A stretch of DNA of 63,679 bases, filler included, from Pelomyxa schiedti (Eukaryota > Protista > Evosea): the NCBI GenBank assembly GCA_020536535.1. It is 9 parts of 9 records of this genome, joined end to end, with 100 filler letters (N's around TTAATTAATTAA, not from the genome) between each part and the next. Parts side by side here need not be neighbours in the genome. Positions count along the whole stretch, not along the records: positions 1 to 25,916 come from JAHLWZ010000180.1; 8 more parts are not named here. One strand, given 5' to 3'. Within the stretch, counting starts at the first letter, position 1. Every line of letters starts with the position of its first letter. Both the position numbers and the translations under genes were made by a program. The notes below the pieces were generated by a model. That model saw only the letters and a program-made list of their open reading frames with translations. It was not told where the DNA came from and did not search any database. Shown here piece by piece: positions 11,635-23,617 of this stretch.

Positions 11635-12630
11635 GTTTTCCTGGGAAATGAATTTTTTGGGAATTACGTGTCTTGGGAAAGGCCCAGTTACGAAGCTCAG
11701 CAAAAATGGTGATTGTGGACGAGAGCCGATTATGGGACGAAGCCACCACTACAGTTTTTTGTTGATGATCGTTGTGGCCTCATTTTTGGTGACGACGGGT
11801 GAAGAAATGAATGACCACGATTTGATTGTTGTCTGAGGGGTTTTTTTCCCCTCAGGCACAACAGTTGGCCCTTGTCGACGTCCGGCGCTCCGTTTTTTTA
11901 GTGGTGCCATCAACTCCTTTTTGATTGTCTTGAACTAGTGCACAAGAACAAACCTGTAGAAAAGCAGAGGGAGAGTCTACCGTATGTTGGGAAACCTTCG
12001 TTCCAGAAAACTGTCGTTGTGGAAAACGTGCGCACCTAAAACCACTGCCGCTGATGGTCTGCGAAAATGATCGTCGCCCAAAGGTGCTGGCGGGCGACGA
12101 AAGTTTGTTGGAACGAAGGTTGGTACGCAGGGCCTGTAGTTCTTTGCCTACTAGCCTTCAAAGAATCAAAGCATTACCCCACCTCGTTCTGATGCACCCT
12201 GTGGCGATTTTGATGTAGTTCTTGCCGCCGACGTTGGCTGCAGCATGGCCCTTCAAGATATACTTGCGGAAACAGTCCTCCGCCTTGGTTCAGTCTCTGA
12301 CAGAAATCATTCCATTCTGTAACTAGTGATCACGTTTCCAGTGGAATTGGAACTGGAGAGGAACTTACAATTATTGCGGCCAACCACAATTAAACCAGCT
12401 ATTGCCACATGCGCCCTCCAATAGGCCGGCTTCGTAGTACTGGGTACATTTTTATTTGATGGCAATGTACCGTTCTGGACTGATTGAGATCACTGTTGCT
12501 GAGAAGAAGAGGGCGTAAGGTAACACTGAGATTGAGTGCACAAACAAAACAGTTCTGAGTCGACTTGTCACAATCAATCTCAGGCTCACCAGGCCGAAAA
12601 GGTTTTGTTTTTGAAGAAAAGGCAAACTTG
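11635..12630 (+). ncRNA. Unassigned ~1-kb highly structured non-coding RNA candidate
   Basis: No credible ORF. At least 10 nested stems, including a perfect 13 bp (11993-12005/12109-12121), 9 bp (12071-79/12092-100) and 10 bp (12526-35/12574-83). Mismatches resolve as G-U pairs on the + strand. Confidence 0.6.
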
Positions 12631-12643
12631 AAACATATTGAAG

Positions 12644-14831
12644 ATGACAGACGAGGGACCGGAGAAGACGACAACGGCATCCAGCACCAACGCGAACGTT
12701 GAAAGTAATGATGGAGGGGGCTCGGTAGATCCTGTCGCTACGTCGGCGTCGCCGTCTTCTTCGGCGACAGGCGCGTCGGCTGCGGCAATTGCGAGTCCGA
12801 AGTTGTTCTTTGAGGGGACAGTTACTGATTCCATAAGAGAAGCCCGAGCTCGTGATTTCATGATTGTAGTTTTTGTTACTGGTGCGTCTTTTTTTTAGAC
12901 ACAAAAAAAAAGAAAAACATCAGTTGCCCACAATAACACTGTGCAACCAATCAATGTTTTTTACTCACACTCTTTAGACCCGAGCTATCCTGATTGCCTC
13001 AAAATGGAAACAGAGACATTCAGTGCAGCTCATGTAGCCCCCTTTTCGAAATAGTTTTAGAAGGCTCAAGCCCAACAAGGTGTGCGATACACTGAAGGAA
13101 ACCGCCATTGCTCTAAAACTACTGTGGAACTCTGAAGATGGCAAAGTCTTCGCATCAACATGTTTGTAGATTTATGCTACATTTTGTTGGTAATTGCTAT
13201 CACACTGCGTTCATCTTACCGCCTTTATAGTCCCAGTTCTTACCGTTCCAACTGTGTTCTTCATCAACTCTGCAACGCTTGCTGCTGTCAAAGTAAGAAA
13301 CCATTTTAGTGGACAATTTTGTGAGTTTGACACTTTTTTTCCGAAGATTCTTGTTGGGTTTGTAGCTGCAGACGATTTAGTTGAAGCAACCTGCGAGGCT
13401 GTTTCCTTGTGTGCCGTTCCAGCTACACGTTCTCCACAACCTGCAAATGCTCCACTCCCTCCTCAACCAACTCCATTGCCCAAGCCAGCACCCAGCCCAA
13501 ATTCAGTTACTACTGTCTCTGGCCCTTCTGCAGGAGTGTCTCCAGCACTTACACCAGACAAGGTTGCACAAGAAAAAGCGAGGTACCCCCTTTTTGTAGC
13601 AACTTATGTGCTTATCCACGATAGATTACTACAAAAACTCGAGGAACTCAAGAAGGCAAACGCCCAAAAAGCTGCTGCTGTATGCTTTCATTTTGTTAAC
13701 GTAATCTTATTCATATAGGATGCTCTTGAAGCAGAAAAAAAAAGACGTGAATCGGGAAAATCTTTGCAAGATTCAATTAGAACAAGAGAGGAGCTACTCG
13801 CCAAGTAAAATTATACCAAAGCCTTTATGACTCAAATAACTCTTCTTCTAGGAAGGCGGCTGAAGAAGCTCAAAGAGAGAAGGAAGAAACTAGGTTGGCC
13901 AAGGAGAAAATACTTTCCCAAATTCGCAAAGAAAGAGAAGAGAGAATGGTTTGTCTAGTACTTAAAGGGATTGAAACTAAAGGATACAGAACTTGCGGGG
14001 ATCCGGGTCCTCCAGTGACCCCTTAGGGACAAGCACATCCTCTACTTCAGTTTACACTTATCCAGAGTAAGTTTTACTTTTATTGAGCTTTTTCCAATGA
14101 AGAGTGGTTCCAGGAATGAAGCCAACATTGCATTCAAACTTTTATCAGGTGATGTTGTAAGACACCAATTTTCAGCCCAAGACACTCTTGCTACATGCAA
14201 ACTATGGCTTGATTCGGTACAGGCCTCTAGCAATTGGTGCGTTGCTAATTTCTCACAGACACAAGGCTATCAGCGTGTAACATACGTGATGAAAAATGCA
14301 TACCCGCGCATGGACTTCCTTCCTGAGCACTATGACCAGACCCTCTCCCAGTTGGGGCTTGCACCCACTGCCACAATCATCATTGCAGTTACGGGAAAGT
14401 TGGAGTCTTTTCCATTTCCTAACTTTACTTCACAGGGGGAGGGTGCCTCAGCCCCGAGGCCTCCACCTTCCACTTCTTACGGGAACAGTGATACAGTGGC
14501 CACGCAGCCAAGTGATGGCGGTGGTGGAGGCTGGTTTGGCTCCATAGTGAAGGGCCTATCTTCATTCTTCTGGGCAGCACCCCCAAGCCCCCAATTCACC
14601 GGGCAAGCTCCTAATCCTCCAGTAGAGACTATGCAGGCAGCACAGCAACAGTGTGTCACCATTCACCCTACCTCTTCCCCCCTTAACATTCTCACTTCTC
14701 ACCAATATCACAGGACAACCACGGTCACCCGGCGTGCTGGAGTTCATGGACTGGATGAAGTTCGAAGTGACAATGTGCCTCCCTCAGACAAACAACGCTT
14801 CAACAACGGCAACTCCACTCAATTTGAATAA
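12644..14831 (+). CDS. UBXN4: UBX-domain protein, UBXN4/erasin-like (thioredoxin-like domain, coiled coil, UBX)
   Basis: FFEGTVTDSIREAR N-terminus; UBX IAFKLLSGDVVRHQFSAQDTL...AYPRMDF...TLSQLGLAPTATII; hydrophobic GWFGSIVKGLSSFFW; C-terminal NGNSTQ motif. Confidence 0.85.
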
Positions 14832-14979
14832 GCTCATTGCACAAGAGAACTGCTAAAAAAAAATAAAACTCTCCTGCAGGGGAGTAACCCCAACTAGTCG
14901 CTTTCATCGATTAGAAACTGAAAAAATCACAATTTATAATAAAAAACCAAGTTTTGTTTGTGGTCGTCGGTGGAGGAGA

Positions 14980-16038
14980 ATGAGCGGATCGGGGGCGTCT
15001 TTGGTGTGTCCTGTGTGCAATAGAGAGCAGCCCGGAATGACTGAGGCCCAGATGTCGCGACACGTGGAGGAGTGCCTCACATCGTATGCGTGACACCGGC
15101 AATGCCGTAACGAGAAATGGGGGTTTTGTTGGCCTCTGCATCGTTTGTTTTTTTTAAATTTTTTATTCTCTTGTGTCACCAATCCGCATGTCTATCGTAA
15201 ATTAATAGCTCACGCTTAGGGAAATGTTGATTACTGAAGAGAGGCAAAGAGAAGAGCATAGGAATGCCCCACCAGTTACACCACCTGACACAGTACCACC
15301 CACATCAATTCCAAGCCAGGACCCACACCCTCCATGGCTTGATGCATTCATACACCCAGAGGCTGGAGTTGAGTGAGTGCATACACTCCCCCATGTGTTC
15401 TTTTTACCCCTTTCCAGGTCTCCTTTCCTCATTCAGTGCCCATACAGTGGTTGTACAGTGAAAATGGAGGTATGTTGAAACTTTACAACACTTCAAAGTG
15501 TATTTACTCCAAGTACTTCTTCTAACAATAGGCAATGCATTTTTTTGTACATGTAGTTGGAAACCACCAAGTTGGCCCCCAAGCATTTCCCTGCCCAATA
15601 TGTGCTCTGCAAGTAAGTGTGGAAAAACCCAACCTAGAGCTTCTTCACTTCTAACCACAAAAAGGGTTTCACTGCTGAAGTCAATTCCAGCACAAACCTC
15701 CTGCAGCACCTGAACACTAAACACATGGACATGCTGTCTCAAGCTGACTTACTACAATATACCGTTGAAGTCAACAACAACCCCCCACCCATTCAAATTC
15801 CCGATGCTCCAGGAACGGGAACAGTAGGTAGGCTTATTCTCCACTTGATTTTCTCTGAGTTGAACCAGAATCTGTTCTCTCTCTACCGACAAATCGGGAG
15901 TGCCCAATATGCTTAGTTGAGATGACAACGGGAGACACAGTGCTCACCTTAGAGTGCTTATGCATGTTTCACAGTGCTTGTTTACAGAATTGGTACGCAA
16001 AGTCAGAAAAATCCGACTGCCCCGTGCATGGAAAATAG
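14980..16038 (+). CDS. ZNRF1/2-type RING E3 ligase with N-terminal UBZ-like and central C2H2-like zinc fingers
   Basis: Missed by the ORF track. First exon MSGSGASLVCPVCNREQPGMTEAQMSRHVEECL; last exon ECPICLVEMTTGDTVLTLECLCMFHSACLQNWYAKSEKSDCPVHGK* (CLC..H..C..W..CP.H signature of ZNRF RINGs). Confidence 0.85.
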
Positions 16039-16058
16039 TGGAACAGAAGGTTTTCATC

Positions 16059-18076
16059 TTAAAAACCTGGGTTTGACTGTATTTCTTGCAACAATAATAA
16101 ACCTATTATGTATTGTACACTTTTATTTTCATTTTCCGATTCTTCAAATACTTCCCCCCAGACAGGAACTGTCTGGCCCCAAGAGTTCCTCCATAACTCC
16201 CATCAATTGTTCAACAGAGTTACTACCCAACATGTTTGTAACCAGGATTGGTACTTGAGAGGCCTTGTCCTGTAGAATGAAGCTTGCAATCAGCTTAATA
16301 TCATTGTGCTTGTTGGATACTATAAAAGCTGCCTGTGCCGGGCAGAATCTATGCCCTGGGTATGCGTTTTAGGATTGAAGTAGGAATGTTGGGAATATAG
16401 ACCTTTTAGAAGGGAGGCCATTTTCAAGACATCATCGTGGGTGAATTCTGAATTGGTTGTACTTGATAGTAGTGAGACCCACGCCTCACTGGCATTATCA
16501 ACAATGTATTGCATTCCTTTACACACCAGCCGCATTCTGCTGAGAGAACGGGGATTCAGATAATTCACTACCTTAATATTGATTATAAAACAAATACAAC
16601 ATATTGGCTTTTGAAAGTATGTTGTACCTGTGGCCAAACTGATGGAGGAATTTCAGTACCTTCGTATTGAATTGGTGTATTTGTGGCTCTGGGGAGATCT
16701 GCAGGGAAGTCTGAAAATGACCTGTCTGGGGTGGAATAAATTCCAATGGAAATCAAGCAGAACGTGCATACAGCAATTGCTGCCGGGAAATAGGAAATTC
16801 AGTGAATGCAACTCAGAAAGCGAAGGGTTGAAGTCGCAAATGGGACTGCAACTGCACACTGGAACTTGTGCCTTCTTTAGCAGGAACAGATCTAGAAGGT
16901 TCAGAACCAAGACGAATTTCACACGCCGCAGAAAGGGTGAGTTGTAGATGTGTGAGAAAAGATTGCGGGACTCCACCAGCCTGAGTTGTTTGATAAGATC
17001 GAAATTTGAAATATTTGCTACATACCTGTTAGTCTCTCCATCTTCATAAAGGACTTGATTGTATTCAATAAGAGATACAAAGAAGCATATGACTTCAGTT
17101 CCCTCAAAGACATGTAGCCATTTCTTCCGCTCAGATCGTTGTGATCCAACCAATAGGATTGAAATTGTTTGACTTCCACGTTCCTACGTGGTTCTTGATG
17201 AAAGTAAATTTTTACATTTACTTCTTTATTGTATATTGTCGTATTATCTATTCCATTTCATTCGTTGCTTTGGGGATTCTTACAATGCTACATTCAGTTA
17301 GGCCAGTAGTTTTAATTCTAAGTCTGAGAATATCTTCAACAGAGGGGAGGTAATCCGGGGCTAAAATGCGTGCTGCATTATCCGCGAAGTATTTGGCGTT
17401 TGCAATGAGATCTTCTCCCTCTGGGTGTTTATACCTCTTATACTGTTAAAGGAATTCAGTGGCATGTCCCCTTACATTATCTAAGAAATGAGCCACATCA
17501 AGATCAGACAGAAGCTTCAAAATACTGGAAGAGTGCTCTTCCACAAGCCTAGCACAGAACGGATTGAACATTCCTGGAATCTCTGAGATTTTTCGTGCAG
17601 CCTCCTGTGAAAAAAAAGGAAAAACCTATCAATACTACAAAAAAAAACCTGATAGGGACCTTTGACTGGGGTGAGGTGAGGAGCACTGCACCTTTTCCAT
17701 AAAGGCAAGCCAGAGTCCAAGCTGTGTGCATTACACCCACAGTCTTAATTGATTCTGCCCATGACCTCCGTGAAGCTTCCGACTTTAAAGTCCCCAGATA
17801 ATATAATTAATAACAAGTGAAAAAAACAAAAATAAGCAATAAAACAATAACTGCCACATCAATTCCAGGACACAGGAGAGAGGCGGCATTCCCATAAGTA
17901 CAAGGAGGGGAGCCTACCTGAGTAGAAGCCCTTGCGTGCTTGAAGAACGTTGCCTTCCCGCCTTCGCCCGCCCCCAGAAGAAGCACTTTACGCTTGTGGG
18001 CCGCCTCTCCGCTTGTCTGTTGCTCAATTTGGTAGTTGAGTGCCTCCCGCTTGGATGACGACGAACTGCTTCCCAT
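16059..18076 (-). CDS. Atypical heterotrimeric G-protein alpha subunit with an inserted F-box motif
   Basis: MGSSSS myristoylation-type start; KVLLLGAGEGGKAT; YLPSVEDILRLRIKTTG; LVGSQRSERKKWLHVFE; LVLNLLD; F-box-like EIPPSVWPQVVNYLNPRSLSRMRLVCKGMQYIV. Confidence 0.85.
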
Positions 18077-18312
18077 TATCACTGCGAAGCAACAAGCTTG
18101 ATGACCACACACAACAGACCGTCCCACTCGCTTCAGTGATGATAAATCCAGTCCAGAGTCCCACTGGGGCCCACAGAGGCAATGGAACTGAAATTGAATA
18201 TAGTCTGCCTCAGGGGGTAGTGAGGAGCTCCGGTCAGAATCTCTCCTTATTCGTGCTGCCGATTTGGTAACATTGCTTCTTTTTTTCAGGAAAATCCGAA
18301 ACGAAATTGAAA

Positions 18313-21300
18313 ATGGACGGGCACGAGGGGCCTTCTTGCACGGCAGCTAGGGCGCCCGGATCTGCGACACGTGATTTGTTGCAAGTTCACCGCACATCTT
18401 CTTCCCCAGATCTAGTCCTTTATGCTTGTGGCGGTGTCATCAACAACCCGAGCAGTGTGTGCTCAGAACTGTTGCGCGCGGCCTCGCCCGCAAGCGCAGC
18501 GAGCCAGCAGCGTGCCCCAAAAGCGGCACAACATCGGCCGAGGGTTTTCAGCCGCGTCGACCCTGCTTTTCTCACACACATTTCTGCTGCCGCGCCTCCG
18601 CCGCCGTCCAGCAGCTTCGGGGCCTCGGCGTGCGCGACGGCCTGCAGCCTTTCATCTGCGCAGCACACGGCGCTGACTTTGGCTGGGCCTCGGCGGTCTT
18701 CTTCTGCAGGCCCGACGGCGCAGAGTGGAAAGCCAACAACGGCGGCGCCGTTGCCTCCTCTGGGAGGTTCAATTCACAACACTTACGGAGCCATCAAGAC
18801 TAACAGTTCTCTGTCAACTACTTCTCGGCCTCGTAGCATTCACCCTCATTCACCTTCGATGCTGTCAACGTCATTTGATTCCAGTTACCTACGATTGCCG
18901 CAGTCCAAACAAGTTGTGCCACCGAAAGTGACCTCCCAAGAAATGTGTGCAGCGCCATCATCAACACCAAGTCCTCCTCAAACAACAACAACCACTTCGA
19001 CTTCACAAACTACGAGCTCCTCGCCTCCTGCCCTAAGCCCCTCAATGGATAACAACAACTCTTGTGCAACTGTAACGCCATCGAATGATGTGCAAACAGC
19101 AGCTTCCCACGCAATTGATTTGTCTCACTTGAGAACCTCTGGCTGCGTATTGGCAAATCCCCAAGCCGCGGAAGGTTCTAGCAGACATCCCCCCTCAAGT
19201 GATAAAGACGAGGTCGCGAGTTCTCTTATGTCCAAAATCACCTCATCTGGAAATGTGGAAATGAACGCTGCGTGGGTCGCTATAGGACGACGGGGAGAGA
19301 ACCATATTGCTGTAGTGGCACCTTCTTTGCCCCATCAGATTTCCATGAAGGCGGCACCCAATGAACATGAAGCACCTGTACTTAGTATCTCCCGTCAGCA
19401 ACAATTAATGTGGACTACTTTGCACTCTTCTACGCGGAGTTCAGTTTGGATGCTGAATGGTTCTGTTGTGTCCATGATTTGCGAAAAGGAGAGTGAAATG
19501 GACCCAAAAACAATTGACCAGAAGCAGGAAACTGATACTGGAAGAAAATCTAACTGTGCCGAGAATTCAGTTGTCAATGTACAACAAGATGATTCAAACA
19601 ATACCTCCTCTTGTAACCAGAGTGAGTCAACACTGAATACAAGCCAGAGGAGAATTGTTATCGCAGAGAGTACACGCCAACTACACCATCACTTGATTTC
19701 TTCCTCTGTCGCCCTGCATCATGGCCGTTTCGGTAATCACTCAAGTACTACACCTCTTCTTGATACAACCACAAAAGGTTTCCTCAATGTTTATGTAACA
19801 TTGCCATCCTAAAACTCTATCAATTTAAAAGAAGGAGCAATGAAAGCGGCCCTCAACCTTTCTGCATATATTGAAAAACATGTTAATAACGAATTTCTGT
19901 ATTCCGTACCTGATACTCTTCCTGATGTTTCTACTGTTAAACAGTTTGCGAACTCAACGTGAAATACTTCTCATTGCATCATCTTTAGGCAAGCAGCAAG
20001 TATTCACATTCTCATGCGAGCACTTCCACCACTCCACACAGCATGTTATGCCTTCCTGGATTTGATAACGTAATGCTGATAAGTTCCTCATCTCATAATG
20101 AACTTTTGAAAGAGATTTTCCTGGCCTTCTGATTACCAAGCCATTTACCAGTTTCTTAGACACGCATATACCGTGTGCTTTCAAGTCGGAAGTACTCTTT
20201 GGCTTACTAGATTCCGATTCTGTAGGTGTGGCGCCCTCCCCCTTATAGAGGCACCTACCTAATTCTAGGCTCTAGCTTTTTGGAAAGTTATTCAGCAGCA
20301 TATCCGGTTCTGTGTGCAACATGGAAGAGACATTCTAACGATTGCCTCCACATTTTCGGGTAGACTGATTCAAGTTGCACCACCTTCCTGGTCCTACATG
20401 CAGGAGTTCAAATTTTATACCAAATTGGTTGAATATCTGGAGAGGCCCGCTGACTCTTTATCCCTCAGGGCCCTAGAACGGGTATTTCAACAAACAATTC
20501 GACTTTCTTCATCAACTCCGAACAGGTTATTGTTGAAGACGAGACCTTCGTTTTTACAAAGGAATTGTATGCACACTGTGAAAAGCAAGAACTGCCTAGT
20601 ATTATGCGTTCTATACTGAGAATTTATGCCCACCACAATATGTGCATTCCCTTGTTCCAGAACATTCTTTGTGACGCTGTGGACAAGTCTAACTCTCTGA
20701 AGTATTTTAAAACTGTTTCAACCAAAATTTCTCACCTACACTTTTCTATAGTGACGTACTCCGACCAAGTTCTCTAGCGGCAATTCTTTTTCAAGCACTT
20801 GTGTATATCTATGCAAAAGAATACATTGTGCAAACCTTAAAACCGGCAGTTATATTGATATCACAAAATGCCGAGGCGTTTGATGTAAGAACACGGTTTT
20901 TGAAAAGAACCCAACCCTCCACATAGATGAAACTGGCGAAGTCTAATTCAAAACATCGGCGAATAGAAGTACGGCAGTTGACAGTCCTAAAAACTGCACA
21001 AAGAACTTTTGAGCACATCCTCAACTCCTGCAATTTTTGTCCAATGTTTACTCTTTATTCTCTACGTTTCTTTAACATGTTAAACAAACAGAATAATAAG
21101 ACAAGTGTTCAGGCTTCTCCAAGATATCATTATCAGAAAATACAACCCTACTTTATCACTGATGCACCAATTCATTGGCGGCAAACTTCTCCAATATGTT
21201 TATTGTCTTCCTCTTAAGGAAGGACTGCACAACATTTTTTCGCCGCAGGTCTCTCCAGTCGGTACGCTTGTGTATTACGTTACAAATAGCTAACAAAAAT

Positions 21301-21743
21301 AGACCAGGTTCCACTGGAAAAAGTTCTCACTACTATTGCTGACGTTCTACCGTTAATTGCAAGTGGGGAAGAACCGTTTAATCCCGAACTTGGTTTTCTT
21401 GTGCAGTGGATACAGTCTAAAGCCTCCAGTTTATACAGTTTTACAGATTTCTTTGTGGTACAGCACTGATTGTATTTTCACATGGAGACACTAATGCCCA
21501 CGTTCCTCAGGATGTTACTCTGTCATCAAATAAAACTCCTCCTTCCCACAGTGATCTCTTCTTGGACCTCACACTGCTCAATAACCAGATCAATTTACAA
21601 CCAGAAATTGTGGAGGAACTGCCACGACAGTATATACAAGCATCAGCCAAGGTGTGTAATTGAACTTTCGTTCTCTATCTTTACATTCTCCACAGCTTAG
21701 AGATTTTCTGGAAGTACTTGCTGTGGAGAACTGTGAAATGTAA
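18313..21743 (+). CDS. Divergent RasGAP-domain protein with long S/T/P-rich N-terminus
   Basis: Spliced DVLRPSSLAAILF...AKEYIVQTLKPAV (arginine-finger region), FEHILNSCNFCP, C-terminal FLEVLA. Confidence 0.7.
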
Positions 21744-21899
21744 TTGTATTTGTTTGTGGAAGTGTTGTGCAACTAGAAATTTGTACCAAAATGATACAAA
21801 ACAAAAAAAAGTTGGAATGTGACTCCCATGGAGGGAGCATTATTTCACTTCACAACATCTGTATCAAACAAGAAAGAAAAATTACAGACTGGAGGAGGG

Positions 21900-23617
21900 T
21901 CAGTCCTCCTCTTTTTTCTTCACAATATTTTCATCAGCACCACTGGGTACAGAATCACAGGAGGATTCCAGCCAGTTCTTTCCACAACAAGTCCACTTAC
22001 ACAATCCATCGACATGAACAAGGAGGGCAGCGGGAGGAGTGTCGATTCCTGCCATTGTTGCCAGGCGGCTGTGCCCACAGCAGCACTCCAAAGTGCCCTT
22101 GTGTGACAGCGGCGGCCTCTTACACCTAAGGTCACTCCACAATGCCCCGCAGCACTCCCATGTGCACGAGTCCAAGTGTGTGATGGCATTGGCATTGGCA
22201 TCAGATAGCAACGAGGTGTTTGTGGGATCAAAGGCCAAGGAGTAGCACGTGTGGCTGTGGCCGCAGCGGCAGCGCAGGGCCCCGCAGTGGGCAGCCCAAG
22301 ACGGCGAGGGGGCGAGGGGCACGGGGCACCAGGCGGCGTCCCAGTTCTGCGAGCAGCAGTCCCACACGCACACCCCGTCCAGGTGCACGCAGTCGCCAGG
22401 CCCTCCCGCGCCCCTGCACGCGGCCGCGCGGTGGTGGGCGCAGGCGCAGGCCAGGGTCCCCGTGTGGTGGCGCTGCTTCCGCGGCGGGTGCAGCGGCGGG
22501 GGCGGGCAGGCGGGGGCGGACCAGGGCTCCCCGCAGCAGGACCAGGTGCAGGCCCCGTCTACGTGGAGGAGGGAGGAGGGAGGGGGGCCGAGGGAGGCCT
22601 CGCTGGGCTGTGGGAGGGCCCTGTACTTGTGGGCGCATCGGCATTCAAGGTACCCAGAGTGCATCGAATTTACTGGAAGATTGTTGGTTTTTTTGGGTAA
22701 TGTGGAATTGTATGGGGATTTAGGTGTTGAGCATAAACCAATTGGATATTTCTGGTGCTTTGTGGGGTACTTGGTTGGTTGATTGGAGTTGTTTGGGAAT
22801 AGATTTGGCCCACGCTTTGGGGAACTTCATTGTGGACTTTGTTTTGGGGAGGTACTCATATTCTAGAAATAAAACTACACACTCCCTTATTGGCGCGTCT
22901 AGGAGTACATATCTGGTTTTTTTTGGACTCAGGAAAGGCTTTGTAGTAGTGGTTTACCTGGTACGTATGTCTACCATGGACTTGTTTTCTTGTACAATCA
23001 AAAATACTATTGTTTTGGTAAGGAAAAAAGCTCATTGAGAAAGAAACAATACAATCTCTCTCGGTTTTATGAGAGGTAAAGTGCGAGAACTTGGCATCTG
23101 CATTAGAGCTAAATGCAGACACTCCTTCAGCACACTGGAGGTAAATATACACATGATCAAATGGTCTTGGGCAGGTTGTTTCAGAAAATAACAGTGGCAT
23201 CCACTCCAACAATTCAATATCTTCACAATGCACAGACAACCCTCCACTATTTCCAGTTCCACCAGTAATTGTTCCTTGGTGTGGAACTGTAGTTACTGGT
23301 TTCACAACTACAGTGGGTGTGACAGGTGACCCTGATGTGTGTGGTATTGCACAATTGTTTGGAATTGGATTTTTTGAGTGTGGAGGGGAAGGCTCACTCT
23401 GAAAGGGAGTTGTGGGATACACAAGCTGAATTGGTGATGATTGTGATTGTAGTGGTGCATGTGGATAGAATGGCACTGTGTTTGGTGTGTATGGGTTGAA
23501 GGTAGGTGGTTGTTGGGAGACTGGAGGGGTCCCATAAGTGCTGCCCTGTGGTGGAGTGTGGTAATAATATTGTTGTTGCGTCGGTTGGCCAGTGAAGGGG
23601 TATTGTTGAGCGTACAT
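21900..23617 (-). CDS. Protein with P/Q/Y-rich N-terminus and four C-terminal Cys/His-rich repeats
   Basis: ORFs 22856-23617 and 21900-22664 can be joined by a short intron near 22830-22855. Repeat HxGxLxCxCxH..H(V/L)D(G)xCxWxCCxxxWxxxxC occurs four times. Confidence 0.7.

Noticed and set aside
12250-12305. Group I intron core (AAGATATA, TTGCGGAA, GTTCAG) or U3 5' end
   Set aside because: P/Q/R/S-like words are in the wrong order with no P7 pairing, and the U3 boxes are not completed downstream.
11933-12328. AACTAGTG direct repeat as a hAT target-site duplication or Helitron end
   Set aside because: No terminal inverted repeats inside, and the predicted stems cross the boundaries.
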